Source: Coriobacteriia bacterium (GTDB lineage Bacteria; Actinomycetota; Coriobacteriia; Coriobacteriales; Eggerthellaceae). From it: 64,000 bases of DNA. The stretch is taken from positions 6,541 through 70,540 of the forward strand of contig JAUNCQ010000003.1 of NCBI GenBank assembly GCA_030526515.1, given 5' to 3'. Below, in pieces: positions 28,540 to 38,054 of this stretch (position 1 is the first letter of the stretch; the number at the start of each line of letters is the position of its first letter). The notes beneath the pieces were generated by a model. It worked only from the letters and a program-made list of their open reading frames with translations, ran no database searches and was not told the DNA's origin. The translations under genes were made by a program, and so were the position numbers.

Positions 28540-30216
28540 CTAGTAGCGGACCTTCTTCACCGGGCTCCACTTGCCGTAGTAGGTCTTGCCGTCGGCCGCC
28601 TTCTTGTAGGCGCAGATGCGGAAGTAGTAGGTCTTGCCGGGTTTGCAGCCTACGAACTTCACCTTGCTTCGAGCCGCACTGTAACGCTTGGTGATGGTGT
28701 GGCTCTTGGCGAACTTGGAGGTGGAGCTGATCTGCACGCGATAGCCATCGCACTGGGAGGCAACGCGGGTCCAGCTGGCCACCATCTGGCGAGCAGAGCG
28801 CTTCGGCGTCAGGCTCCGGGTCTTGATGGTCTTGGGGACAATGGTGTAAGACGCCACCTTGTGGCTGGGCAGCAGGCTGTATGGATAGCTGGCGGTCACG
28901 TAGTAGCGGCCCACCTTGGTGCTCTTGGGGTACGTCAGCTTGTAGCTCTTGCCGGCTACGAACAGCTTGCTGCGGGACGTCAGGGTCGGATGCTGGCTGC
29001 GGCCGGTGTAACCGCGGCTCTTCCAGGAGAAGATGAAATCCTTGCTGGACATGCGCTTCAGACCCACGGCGTCAAAGCCCCCGCCCAAGCTCACCAGATT
29101 GCGCACGCGCCAGCTGGAAACGTACATGTTGTACGACTGGAACGCATTCTGACCAACCGCCGTCAGCGACTCCGGCAGGATGGCATGCAGTCGGCCGGAC
29201 TCGAGGAACGCCTCGGCACCCACCGTGGTCAGGCCCTCGGGGAACTTTGCCTTGCGCAGTCCCTCCGCCCCAAAGAACGCACGCTTCCCGATGGTCTTCA
29301 GGGACGACGGGAAGGTCACCTGCTCCAAGCTGAAGCGGTTACCCGCAAAGGCATAGGCGCCAATGGAGTCAACGGTGTTGCTGAACACAATGGTATCCAG
29401 ACCGCGGAAGCCCTCGAAGGCACGGGCGCCCACACGGGTGCAGCCCTTGCCGATGACCACCTTGCGGGTGCTTTCCTTGGCCGAAGTCGGGAAGTCAATG
29501 TTGTTCCAGGGCGCATCGGCCGCACTGCCATAGTCGTACATATCGCCCGTGCCGGAAACGGTCAGCGTGCCGTCCTTCAGCGTGTAGGTCAGGTTCTGGC
29601 CGCACTCGCCCGCGTCCTGAGGGAAGGCGTTGGGGTAATCACGCACCACCATGCGCTCGAAGCACCAGCCGGAATTGCGCACCAGGGTGGCAACCTTCGC
29701 GCTGTGCACGACCACCTTGCTCACGCCCTTGAACGCATTGTTGTCCACGCTCGTGACAGAATTCGGCAGATCGATGACCACGTTCGAGCACCCCAGGAAC
29801 GCATTGCATCCAATAGATTGCAAGGTGTCCGGCAGGTTCACCATCTTCAACGTAGTGGACCCCTCGAACGCCGTAGAGATACCCGTGCAGCCCTCCCCTA
29901 CGATCAGGGTGCTCACGCGGTTCACGTTCACCACGGCGTCACGGTCCACCTCCCAGAACTGGGAATCCTCCAGCACGCCCGTGCCCTTGGTGGTGAACAC
30001 GCCGTCCTCGTAGGTGAAAGTCATATTAGTGCCGCACGTGCCGGTGACGGCAGCGGCATGGGCCCGCTCCCCCGCACCGGGCATGAGCAGCAGGGCGAAA
30101 GAGACGGCCGCAACGGCCAGGATGACGAACGGGGCTTTCGCCCACTTTATTATGGGGTGCGTGACGGCGGGGTTCGCGGCGGCAAGATTCGTGGTGGTGG
30201 GGTTCATAGCAGCCAT
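28540..30216 (-). CDS. Secreted/anchored BspA-type leucine-rich-repeat protein with C-terminal Ig/FN3-like domain
   Basis: N-terminal TM/signal sequence, repeated AFxGCxxL LRR_5-like units, and a C-terminal ...GKTYYFRICAYKK...YGKWSPVKKV. RBS GGAG. Confidence 0.7.
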   Translation of the reverse strand: MAAMNPTTTNLAAANPAVTHPIIKWAKAPFVILAVAAVSFALLLMPGAGERAHAAAVTGTCGTNMTFTYEDGVFTTKGTGVLEDSQFWEVDRDAVVNVNRVSTLIVGEGCTGISTAFEGSTTLKMVNLPDTLQSIGCNAFLGCSNVVIDLPNSVTSVDNNAFKGVSKVVVHSAKVATLVRNSGWCFERMVVRDYPNAFPQDAGECGQNLTYTLKDGTLTVSGTGDMYDYGSAADAPWNNIDFPTSAKESTRKVVIGKGCTRVGARAFEGFRGLDTIVFSNTVDSIGAYAFAGNRFSLEQVTFPSSLKTIGKRAFFGAEGLRKAKFPEGLTTVGAEAFLESGRLHAILPESLTAVGQNAFQSYNMYVSSWRVRNLVSLGGGFDAVGLKRMSSKDFIFSWKSRGYTGRSQHPTLTSRSKLFVAGKSYKLTYPKSTKVGRYYVTASYPYSLLPSHKVASYTIVPKTIKTRSLTPKRSARQMVASWTRVASQCDGYRVQISSTSKFAKSHTITKRYSAARSKVKFVGCKPGKTYYFRICAYKKAADGKTYYGKWSPVKKVRY

Positions 30217-30220
30217 GGCT

Positions 30221-30562
30221 CTACTCCGGACTGTTGCCTTTTGCGGTGGGCTTCTGGCCCTTCAGGAAACGCCAGGACCAGTGGCCGCCCTTCATGGAGC
30301 GCACGTCGGCGTAGCCCAGCTCGGTGAGCTTGTCGGCCACCACCTTGGAGGCGCCGCCGCGATAGCAGTAGACCACCATGGGCACGTGCTTGGGGAAGCG
30401 CTGCTCGTACATATCCGGGTTCGTGGCGCCGAAGGGTGCGCAGATGGCGCCCTTCAGGTGGCCCTTCACGTAGGAGCTGTTGTTGCGGATGTCGACCAGG
30501 ATGAAGTCGTCGCCGCGCAGGATCATGTCCCGCACCTCCGCCGGGGTGATTTCCACTGCCAT
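30221..30562 (-). CDS. Rhodanese-domain sulfur/selenium transferase
   Basis: FILVDIRN...GHLKGA...VVYCYRGGAS active-site loop. The ATG overlaps the fdhD stop (TAATG). RBS AAGGAAGGA. Confidence 0.8.
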   Translation of the reverse strand: MAVEITPAEVRDMILRGDDFILVDIRNNSSYVKGHLKGAICAPFGATNPDMYEQRFPKHVPMVVYCYRGGASKVVADKLTELGYADVRSMKGGHWSWRFLKGQKPTAKGNSPE

Positions 30563-31662
30563 TAGGAGTTCCTTCCTTGGGGCTTGCACAGCTGGTCGTT
30601 GAACACCTTCATGGAGTCGGGGCGGGCGCTGCAGATGAGCGTCAGACCGAACTCCTGGGCCAGCTTGATGGTCATGTTGGTGGGCACCGCCTTGCTGACC
30701 AGCACGGGGACGCGGCTGCGGATGCCCTTGAGCACCATGTCCACCGGCAGGCGGCCGCTGCTGAACACGATGGCGCTGGTCAGGTCCACGCCGTCACGCA
30801 GGGCGCAGCCGATCACCTTGTCGAAGGCGTTGTGGCGGCCAAGGTCCTCGCAGCAGTAGAGCACCTGGTCGCGAACGGCCAGGTAGCAGCTGTGGGTGCC
30901 GCTGGTCTTGCGATGCATGGGGCTGTCGGTGGCGAACTGGCGGGCCAGGCTGAAGATCCACTCCGGGTCCCAGTCCATGGGGTCCAGGGGACGCAGGGTC
31001 TGGTCGCCTTCGAAGTAGCTGTTGAACACCTGGTTGCCAGTACAGCAGGTGGGCACCGTCTTGACCATGGCGCGGGACAGGTCCGCCTCACGGTCGCGCA
31101 GGTACACGTTTGCCCGGGTGGAGTTGCCCAGCAGCTCAATGGACTCGATTTCCGCAGGACCACCGATCAGGCCTTCGGTGAACAGGCGGCCCACGATCAG
31201 GTCAAACAGGTGGTCCGGGGTGCAGACCACGCGCATGGTCAGGATCTCGTTCACGTACACGTCCAGGGTATGCTCCACCTGCACGTCTTCGTCCACGTCC
31301 TCGGCCGGGTCCTCCTGCTCCGCGTCGGAGCGGTACAGCGTGATGGGCACCGTGGTCAGGGTGTTGCCCGGGTTCGGGTCACCGGAGGTATGGAACCAGG
31401 TGCCGAAGACCTGGGCACGCTTGCCGTCCACCAGCACGTGCCAGGAGCTGCGCTGGACAATGTCAGCGTGGTCCGCCAGCACGTCCTTGGCCTGGGCGGC
31501 CGCCTCCGCGCTCATGCGCAGCGATATGCCGCAGCTTGCGGTGATTTCCTTGGGGGTGGGAATGACGAACGGCTGCAGATGGGCCAGCAGCTTCTGAGCT
31601 GCCATGGCCGCATGGGTGGAGTCGAACGCCAGTATGTGCCAGATATTTTTCATGCAGACCAT
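30562..31662 (-). CDS. fdhD: DUF3343 (Se/S-carrier-like) domain fused to formate dehydrogenase accessory sulfurtransferase FdhD
   Basis: The N-terminal ~85 aa (NIWHILAFDSTHAAMAAQKLL...PTPKEITASCGISLRM) look like DUF3343. The remainder is FdhD-like (...GRHNAFDKVIG...SSGRLPVDMVLK...). The start is 31662 or 31653. Confidence 0.75.
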   Translation of the reverse strand: MVCMKNIWHILAFDSTHAAMAAQKLLAHLQPFVIPTPKEITASCGISLRMSAEAAAQAKDVLADHADIVQRSSWHVLVDGKRAQVFGTWFHTSGDPNPGNTLTTVPITLYRSDAEQEDPAEDVDEDVQVEHTLDVYVNEILTMRVVCTPDHLFDLIVGRLFTEGLIGGPAEIESIELLGNSTRANVYLRDREADLSRAMVKTVPTCCTGNQVFNSYFEGDQTLRPLDPMDWDPEWIFSLARQFATDSPMHRKTSGTHSCYLAVRDQVLYCCEDLGRHNAFDKVIGCALRDGVDLTSAIVFSSGRLPVDMVLKGIRSRVPVLVSKAVPTNMTIKLAQEFGLTLICSARPDSMKVFNDQLCKPQGRNS

Positions 31663-31707
31663 TCTATTTCAACAGGGGACCAAAGGAAGCGCGAGCCTGG
31701 GCCAGAA

Positions 31708-31754
31708 CGTAAAACGGCCCCGACCTGCGGTGGCAGGCCAGGGCCGCGGGGCCG
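31708..31754 (-). terminator. Terminator-like hairpin after yedF
   Basis: On the minus strand, CGGCCCC...GGGGCCG (31754-31715) is followed by UUUU. Confidence 0.5.
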
Positions 31755-31767
31755 CAAGCGGCGTGAT

Positions 31768-32373
31768 TTACAGGGTGATGACCTTGGCGGACTCGTGCAT
31801 GCGCTCCAGGATGTCGTACATGTTGGAGACCTCGCCCACCTTCAGGTCGTCGGCGCACTCGTAGAAGTTCAGGCAGGTGCCGCAGACCAGGACGTCGGTG
31901 CCCTTCTCCATCATTTCCTTCACGGAGTCGATGATCTGGGCTTCGTCACCGCACAGCAGCTTGACGCCGGAGTTCATGAACAGCAGGTTCATGGGAGCGA
32001 CCTCGGCCTGGTTCAGGGTGTACAGGGCCATCTTCATGAGGTTGTAGCCCAGCTCGCCGTCGCCTTCGCCCACATGGTCCTTGCCGATGAACACGGAGTA
32101 GCCGCAGCTGCCACCGGTCACGCTGCATGCGGCAGCGGCCTTGGGAGCCTCGGCGTTGGGGTCCAGCTCGCCGCCCAGGGTGATCAGGAAGCCGCCGTCA
32201 ATGTCGGCCACCTGGAAGCCCAGGCCCTTCTTGCCGGCCAGGCGGGTGATGTTCTTAACGGCGGTTTCGTTGTCCACCTTGATGGCCACGTCGGTGTTGC
32301 CGGCGTCGATTTCCTTCTTCACCATGACCAGCGGCTGCGGGCACGGCTTGCCAAAACCATCGAGTTCTACCAT
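31768..32373 (-). CDS. yedF: Selenium metabolism protein YedF (SirA/TusA-like plus DsrE-like domains)
   Basis: MVELDGFGKPCPQPLVMVKK carries the TusA-type CPxP motif, followed by a C-terminal DsrE-like half. RBS GAAAGGA precedes the ATG at 32373. Confidence 0.8.
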   Translation of the reverse strand: MVELDGFGKPCPQPLVMVKKEIDAGNTDVAIKVDNETAVKNITRLAGKKGLGFQVADIDGGFLITLGGELDPNAEAPKAAAACSVTGGSCGYSVFIGKDHVGEGDGELGYNLMKMALYTLNQAEVAPMNLLFMNSGVKLLCGDEAQIIDSVKEMMEKGTDVLVCGTCLNFYECADDLKVGEVSNMYDILERMHESAKVITL

Positions 32374-32464
32374 TGTTGCGTCCTTTCGCTCATCGCGCAT
32401 TCGCTGCGCGCCGTTACCGTTTCTCATTCATGGGACGATATTTCCTTTCGTCCCCTATTGCTCA

Positions 32465-33607
32465 TTATGCCAGGTCAGCGGCTATGTGCTGCAGGGCAGC
32501 CACCGACTGGTCCACTTCGTCGGCGGTGTTGAACCAGCCGAAGCTGAAGCGCACCGCGCCCTGGTGCTCGGTGCCCAGCGCCTTGTGCATGAGGGGCGCG
32601 CAGTGGGCGCCGGCGCGGGTGGCAATGCCGTAGTCCATGTTCAGGACGTCGGACACCTGACCGGAGTCCACGTCCGCCAGGTTCACGGCCACGATGCCCG
32701 TGCGGCCCAGCTCGGTGCCGCCGCCCAGCACGCGCATGCCGGGGATAGCGGCAATGCCCGCCTCGAAGCGCTGGGCCAGGGCGTCCTCGTGGGCGCGGAT
32801 GACGTCCACGCCGGTGTCCAGGATGAACTGGGCTCCTGCCGCCAGGCCCGCGATGCCGTGGCCGTTGATGGTGCCGGCCTCCAGACGCTCGGGCATGAAG
32901 GCCGGGTGCTCCTCGTCATAGCTGTGGGTGCCGGAGCCGCCCACCTTCAGCGGGGCCACGTCCACGCCCTCGGCCACGATCAGGCCGCCGGTGCCCTGGG
33001 GACCGTACAGGCCCTTGTGGCCGGTGAAGCACAGCACGTCCAGCTGCTGGTCGACCGCGTGCAGCGGCACCACGCCGGCGGTCTGGGCCGCGTCCACCAC
33101 GATCAGCGCGCCGTGGGCGTGGGCCATCGCGGCCAGGCGCTCCACGTCGTACAGGTCGCCGGTCAGGTTGGAGGCATGGGTCACCGCCAGCACCCGGGTG
33201 TTGGGCTGGAACAGGGCCTCCAGCTGGTCGTAGTCCAGGGAGCCGTCGGGGCCTATGGGGCAGATGGACAGCTCCACCCCCTGCTTGCGCAGCTGGTAGA
33301 GGGGACGCAGGACGGAGTTGTGGCTGGCCGCCGTGGTGATGGCGTGGTCACCGGGCTTCAGCAGGCCGAACAGCGCCGTGTTCAGGGACTCGGTGACGTT
33401 GCAGGTGAAGCTCACGCGGGATGCGTTGGCGGCACCCAGCAGGGTGGCCAGCACGTCGCGGGCCTCGAACACGGCCATGCCCGCGGAAAGGGACGCCCCG
33501 TGCACGCCGCGGCCCACGCCGCCGAAGTGGGTCAGGGCATCCGCCACGGCCTGGGCCACCTGGGGCGGCTTGAGCATGGTGGTTGCTGCGTTGTCGAAGT
33601 AGATCAT
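32465..33607 (-). CDS. Class-V aminotransferase-fold PLP enzyme (cysteine desulfurase / selenocysteine lyase-like)
   Basis: MIYFDNAATT..., HASNLTG, FTGHKGLYGPQGTGG (PLP Lys) and the RAGAHCAP active-site Cys loop. RBS GGAAAGGGA. Confidence 0.85.
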   Translation of the reverse strand: MIYFDNAATTMLKPPQVAQAVADALTHFGGVGRGVHGASLSAGMAVFEARDVLATLLGAANASRVSFTCNVTESLNTALFGLLKPGDHAITTAASHNSVLRPLYQLRKQGVELSICPIGPDGSLDYDQLEALFQPNTRVLAVTHASNLTGDLYDVERLAAMAHAHGALIVVDAAQTAGVVPLHAVDQQLDVLCFTGHKGLYGPQGTGGLIVAEGVDVAPLKVGGSGTHSYDEEHPAFMPERLEAGTINGHGIAGLAAGAQFILDTGVDVIRAHEDALAQRFEAGIAAIPGMRVLGGGTELGRTGIVAVNLADVDSGQVSDVLNMDYGIATRAGAHCAPLMHKALGTEHQGAVRFSFGWFNTADEVDQSVAALQHIAADLA

Positions 33608-33652
33608 GGGTCCCTTTCCGTCTTATATTTCGTCCCCTTGATGCGGGGCGTG

Positions 33653-33916
33653 CTAGCAGAACACGTCCCGGCGGGGGTTGATCTGGTTTTCCAGCTCCAC
33701 CACGTCCTCGTAGGGCGGCATACCCGGCTGGTCCAGGGCCGCCCGCACGTCGTCGATGTGCTCGGGCTTGACCAGCAGCGAAACGCCGCAGCAGGCCTGC
33801 AGGCCCCGGGGCACCGGGGAGATGCGGGCCACGCAGCCCGCTGCCCGCAGCGCCTGGTACAGGGCCATGCCCGTGGTGGAGCTTTCCACCAGAATGTAAT
33901 ACGCCTTTTCCGCCAT
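33653..33916 (-). CDS. Stand-alone DUF3343 (putative Se/S carrier) protein
   Basis: MAEKAYYILVESSTTGMALYQALRAAGCVARISPVPRGLQACCGVSLLV. The start lies 6 nt after the upstream stop. The track ORF is over-extended. Confidence 0.7.
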   Translation of the reverse strand: MAEKAYYILVESSTTGMALYQALRAAGCVARISPVPRGLQACCGVSLLVKPEHIDDVRAALDQPGMPPYEDVVELENQINPRRDVFC

Positions 33917-33921
33917 AGACC

Positions 33922-35070
33922 TTACAGCATCTCGATGAACGCCGCTATGCGGGTGTCGATCTGACCCTGGTCGTTGGGGGCGTAGTCGGTTTCGATCTTC
34001 AGGTACGGGATGCCGGCGTCCTCCATGCGCTGGCGCATGAGCTCGGACTCCACGTTGAAGGTGTGGCAGGCCATGAGGACGATGTCGATGACGCCGTCCA
34101 CCTGGTACTTGCGGCACATGTCCGCGGTGTTGTCCAGGCGGCCGCCGTTGGGGGTCATGACCGAGCAGTTGATGCCCAGGTAGCGGTCGGCCAGCTCCTG
34201 CATGATGTCCTCCGCCTCCGGGTCCACCATGGCGAACTGGGTGCGGGGGCCGCCGCAGTCGTCGAAGCAGACGATGACGCCGCCGTTCTTTTCAATGGAG
34301 GCGCCCACCTTGTTCATGACGCCAGAGGAGGGGCAGCCGGTGATCAGGATGCGCTTGGCGTCGTCCGCGACACGGCGCTCGCCGGCCTCATAGGCGGCCT
34401 TGGCCTCCGCCACCTTCTTGTTCACGGCGGCGGTGTAGTCCGTCAGGCTGAAGTTGAAGCCGGCGGCGGCCACAGTTGCCATGATGTCGGTGCCCTTCAT
34501 GATGGGCGGGGTGGCCAGCTGGCACTCGTACAGGTCCAGGATGGCGCGGCGGAAGGCGTTGCGGTTGCGGGCGGCCTGGCGCAGGTCCTCGTCGGTGATG
34601 GTCACGTCGTAGGTCTGCTCCAGCTTTTCCTTGAGGAGCTCCAGCTCCTGGCGCCAGCCTGCGCGGCCCCAGGGACGGTCCTGGTTCTGGGGCAGCTGCA
34701 TGACGTAGGTTTCCTTCAGGTCGTTGAGCAGCTCGTACATCTTCTTCTTGCCGTCGCAGGTGGTTTCGCCCACGATGAAGTCAGCGTAGTACGTGAAGGG
34801 GCACTTTTCCGTGTAGGCAAAGCCGTAGGTGCCCTTGATCAGCGGGCACAGGTTCTTGGGCAGGACCTCTTCGGCGTCGGCCACGGTTTCGTTGCTGGTG
34901 CCGCACAGGGCGACCGCGGAGGCGCCGGCGGCTTCGATGATCTCCAGCGGGGTGTAGCTGCACAGGTAGCCGATGAGCTTGCCGCCGTTTTCCTTGAAGT
35001 CCTTGACCTTCATGAAGGCGCCCTTGCGGGCGTCGGCGAACTCTTCGTAGTTAGTGGGCAGATCTGCCAT
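33922..35070 (-). CDS. 2-hydroxyacyl-CoA dehydratase D-component / double-cubane-cluster reductase family protein (short form)
   Basis: [12 protein letters not shown]..., [24 protein letters not shown]..., CHTFNVE. RBS GAAAGAAGGA. Confidence 0.75.
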   Translation of the reverse strand: MADLPTNYEEFADARKGAFMKVKDFKENGGKLIGYLCSYTPLEIIEAAGASAVALCGTSNETVADAEEVLPKNLCPLIKGTYGFAYTEKCPFTYYADFIVGETTCDGKKKMYELLNDLKETYVMQLPQNQDRPWGRAGWRQELELLKEKLEQTYDVTITDEDLRQAARNRNAFRRAILDLYECQLATPPIMKGTDIMATVAAAGFNFSLTDYTAAVNKKVAEAKAAYEAGERRVADDAKRILITGCPSSGVMNKVGASIEKNGGVIVCFDDCGGPRTQFAMVDPEAEDIMQELADRYLGINCSVMTPNGGRLDNTADMCRKYQVDGVIDIVLMACHTFNVESELMRQRMEDAGIPYLKIETDYAPNDQGQIDTRIAAFIEML

Positions 35071-35099
35071 GTTCGTTCCTTCTTTCTTTTGCGGCTGGG

Positions 35100-36173
35100 C
35101 TACAGGGCCAGCTCATGGAGGGATTCGTAGGTGCAGCCGGCGGCTTCAGCGGCTGCCAGCACCGCGACGCGGTCGGCCAGCGGGGCCTGCCAGGCATAGC
35201 CGCAGCCGGCGCTGACCTGGGCCGGGATGGGGCTCAGGCGGCCGGGGGCCTTTGCCAGGCGGCACGCGCGCTCGAAGGCCAGGGCCTGGGACGTGGTGTC
35301 GAAGGTGACCACCAGGGTGGCGGGCTCGGCGTCCGTCGGCGCCGGGGCTGCCGGGGAGGGGGCGGGGTCGGCGGGGCTTTCGTCCTGCTGATCCTGGTCT
35401 TCCCACTGGCAGGGCTCCACGTCCTCCGGCAGGCACAGGGCCGCGCCGATCGCGCCGGCGAAGCGGGCCAGGGCGCTGGTCTCCACCGTGCCCTGGAGCT
35501 GGTTGGCCAGGCGCTCGACCACGTAGTCGTTCTCGCACAGGCCGCCGGTGAGGATGTAGACGTCGTTGGCGGACTTGGGGACCAGCGGCTTGACCTTGGC
35601 CACCACCGATTCGATGATGCCCCAGCAGATGTTTTCCCGCGGGGTGCCGGAGCCGATCAGGCTGATGACCTCCGATTCCGCGAACACCGTGCACATGCTG
35701 CTGATGGTGGTGGGCTGGCCCTGGCGGGCCAGGTCGGACAGCTCGGTCTGGGACAGGCCCAGGCGGTTGGCCATGACCTCGATGAACTTGCCGGTGCCTG
35801 CGGAGCACTTGTCGTTCATGTTGAACTTGATGACCTTGCCGTTCTTCAGCACGATGGCCTTGGTGTCCTGGCCGCCGATGTCCACGACCGTGCAGTCGCC
35901 GCCGAACAGCAGCGCCGCGCCCTTGCCGTGGCAGGTGATCTCGGTCACCGTCTTAGTGGCGAAGGGGACGGCCACGCGGCCGTAGCCGGTGGCGCCGAAT
36001 GCGCACTCGGTGCGGGGGTAGCCGTGGGCCTCCAGGTTCGCCACCACCTGCGCCGCCGCCTCCACGGAGCTGTAGCCCGTGGGGATGACCAGCGTGTAGG
36101 CGATCTTGTCTCCGTCGAGCACGGCCGCCTTGGTTGCGGTCGAGCCAATGTCTATGCCAACGCGATACGTCAT
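35100..36173 (-). CDS. HgdC-type activase ATPase fused to a C-terminal DUF3343 domain
   Basis: [19 protein letters not shown] ... DIGGQDTK ... [13 protein letters not shown] ... LTGG, then a Pro/Asp-rich linker, then [19 protein letters not shown]...[25 protein letters not shown]. Confidence 0.8.
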   Translation of the reverse strand: MTYRVGIDIGSTATKAAVLDGDKIAYTLVIPTGYSSVEAAAQVVANLEAHGYPRTECAFGATGYGRVAVPFATKTVTEITCHGKGAALLFGGDCTVVDIGGQDTKAIVLKNGKVIKFNMNDKCSAGTGKFIEVMANRLGLSQTELSDLARQGQPTTISSMCTVFAESEVISLIGSGTPRENICWGIIESVVAKVKPLVPKSANDVYILTGGLCENDYVVERLANQLQGTVETSALARFAGAIGAALCLPEDVEPCQWEDQDQQDESPADPAPSPAAPAPTDAEPATLVVTFDTTSQALAFERACRLAKAPGRLSPIPAQVSAGCGYAWQAPLADRVAVLAAAEAAGCTYESLHELAL

Positions 36174-36230
36174 GATCTTCCTTCTAGTTCAACCGGTCCA
36201 CTCATACTAGCAGTCGAAACGTCAGCGAGC

Positions 36231-36328
36231 GGCGCCGTGGCGGGATGCAGGGCCCCGAGCGACCGACCGAGCGTGCTTCGCACGTGAGGAAGAGGGTCGC
36301 GCAGGGGCCCTGGGCCCACCACGGCGCC
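36231..36328. repeat. Long imperfect inverted repeat in the 204-nt gap between the reductase and activase genes
   Basis: The arms GGCGCCGTGGCGGGATGCAGGGCCCC (36231-36256) and GGGGCCCTGGGCCCACCACGGCGCC (36304-36328) enclose nested hairpins (GCGACC...GGTCGC and CGTGC-TTC-GCACG). Confidence 0.75.
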
Positions 36329-36377
36329 GCGCAGCGTCGAGCAGTTGCGCGGTTCCGTCAGGACCGCGCAGCGGGTT

Positions 36378-37658
36378 TTAGCCAAGCATCTCGATGAATG
36401 CCTCGATGCGGGTGCGCAGCTGACCTGCGTCTGCATCGTCGTAGTCAGTCTCCAGACCCAGGTACGGGATGCCGGCCTCTTCGCACGCAGCGGCGATGCC
36501 GCGCTTTTCGGTGTTGTACAGGTTGCAGAACTTCAGGTTCACGTCGATGACGCCGTCGACGTTGTACTCCTTGGCCAGGCGCAGCACGTCGTCGACGCGG
36601 CCCTGGTTCGGGGTGAAGCAAGCGCAGTTGATGCCCATGTAGCGCTTGGCCAGGTTCATGTACATGTCCTCGAGGGTTTCGGCGCTTTCGTCCACCTGGT
36701 TCTCAAAGTAGCGGGTGCCGGTGCAGGCTTCCTCGACGACCACGGCGCCGCCGCAGGTCTCGACCAGGTGATGCATCTTCCAGTTGGGGATGGCCATGGG
36801 GGTGCCGGCGATCATGATGCGCTTGGTGCCGGCCGGGAACACGCTCACGCCGTCAGCGTTGCGCTGCTCCAGCTCGTCGGCCAGCTTGTTGCACATGGTG
36901 GCGCAGCGAGCAGGGTCGTCGAAGAAGGCGATCTGCATCATGAGCAGGGCGTCCTTGCCGGAGATGGGGATGTTGTTGGCGTTCTTGCGAGCGTCGTAGA
37001 CGCGGGCCAGGGCGGCGCGCTTTTCGTTGATCAGCTTGATGGCGGCGGCCAGGTTCTCAGCCGTGACCTTCTTGCCGGTGAGCTCCTCCATGCGGTCAGC
37101 GAACAGGGCGATCTCGTTGGCCCACTTCTCGATGTCCTGGGGGCGCTTCATCTGGGGCATGTCCATGACGTAGACGGGGGCGTCGTCGGCCAGGATCTCG
37201 TATGCCTTCTTCTTGGCGTCGCAGGTGGTTTCGCCCACGAACAGGTCGGCGATGCGGAAGAACGGGCAGGTCTTGCCGAAGCGGGCGCCGATGGATGCCT
37301 TGACCAGCGGGCAGGTGTCCTTGGGCAGGTACTTTTCTCCGTCGGGGACCCAGAACTGGGAGCCGCCGCACAGGCCGGTCACGATGCCGTCAGCGGCGAT
37401 CACGACCTCGTCGGGAACGTACACGCAGAACGTGCCGACGACCTTCTTGCCCTCTTCCTTCTGGGCCTTGATCAGCTCTTCGGGGCGGATGCCGTGGACG
37501 TCAGCCACGACCATGTCCCAGAAGGCCATGCCCTCGGGGCGGTTTTCCTGGCTCAGGTAGGTGTCGCCGAAAGCGGTCGGCAGAACGGAGCACAGGACGT
37601 CGTGGTTTTCCAGGTCCATGCCCAGCTCTTCCCACATGGGGTGACGGTCAACTGCCAT
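36378..37658 (-). CDS. Double-cubane-cluster-type anaerobic reductase (DCCP/YjiM-like, HgdB superfamily)
   Basis: GTFCVYVPDEVV..., CPLVKAS, LFVGETTCDAKKK, IAGTPM..., ACTGTRYF, CACFTPN, KFCNLYN. RBS AAGGGAGA precedes the ATG at 37658. Confidence 0.8.
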   Translation of the reverse strand: MAVDRHPMWEELGMDLENHDVLCSVLPTAFGDTYLSQENRPEGMAFWDMVVADVHGIRPEELIKAQKEEGKKVVGTFCVYVPDEVVIAADGIVTGLCGGSQFWVPDGEKYLPKDTCPLVKASIGARFGKTCPFFRIADLFVGETTCDAKKKAYEILADDAPVYVMDMPQMKRPQDIEKWANEIALFADRMEELTGKKVTAENLAAAIKLINEKRAALARVYDARKNANNIPISGKDALLMMQIAFFDDPARCATMCNKLADELEQRNADGVSVFPAGTKRIMIAGTPMAIPNWKMHHLVETCGGAVVVEEACTGTRYFENQVDESAETLEDMYMNLAKRYMGINCACFTPNQGRVDDVLRLAKEYNVDGVIDVNLKFCNLYNTEKRGIAAACEEAGIPYLGLETDYDDADAGQLRTRIEAFIEMLG

Positions 37659-38054
37659 GTTTGATCTCCCTTGGATCGGAGCGCCCTGGGAGGCCGCGCG
37701 AGTGTGCGGGGTGCCGTCGCTGCGCCTGTCCAGCGTTGCCTGCGGACCGGGCGGCATGCCGCTCACGGGCCCCAAAGCGCTGTGGTCTTTCTTGGATGTG
37801 CATACGCAGAATTCGGGCCCGTGGGCCCGTAACGCAAGCAGAACTCAATTGCAGACGCAGCTTGCGGTTTGCAGAATCCCCGCACGGCGCAGAAGTATGC
37901 GGGGGCGCAAGTTGCGTACGGATTCATGGTAGCGCAAACGGGGCCTTTGCGGCGGGGGTTTTCGCCTGCTTGTGGCGCCGCGGCGGCTAGCGCCGCGCTG
38001 CGCCCTGCGGCGGATGGCGGGCGCGGGGCACGGGGCCCGCTTCCGCGGGCGCCC

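Noticed and set aside
36170-36436. An 88-aa ORF in the reductase-activase spacer.
   Set aside because: It spans the long inverted repeat and overlaps the 3' end of the DCCP gene, with no RBS. RNA structure is the more likely explanation.
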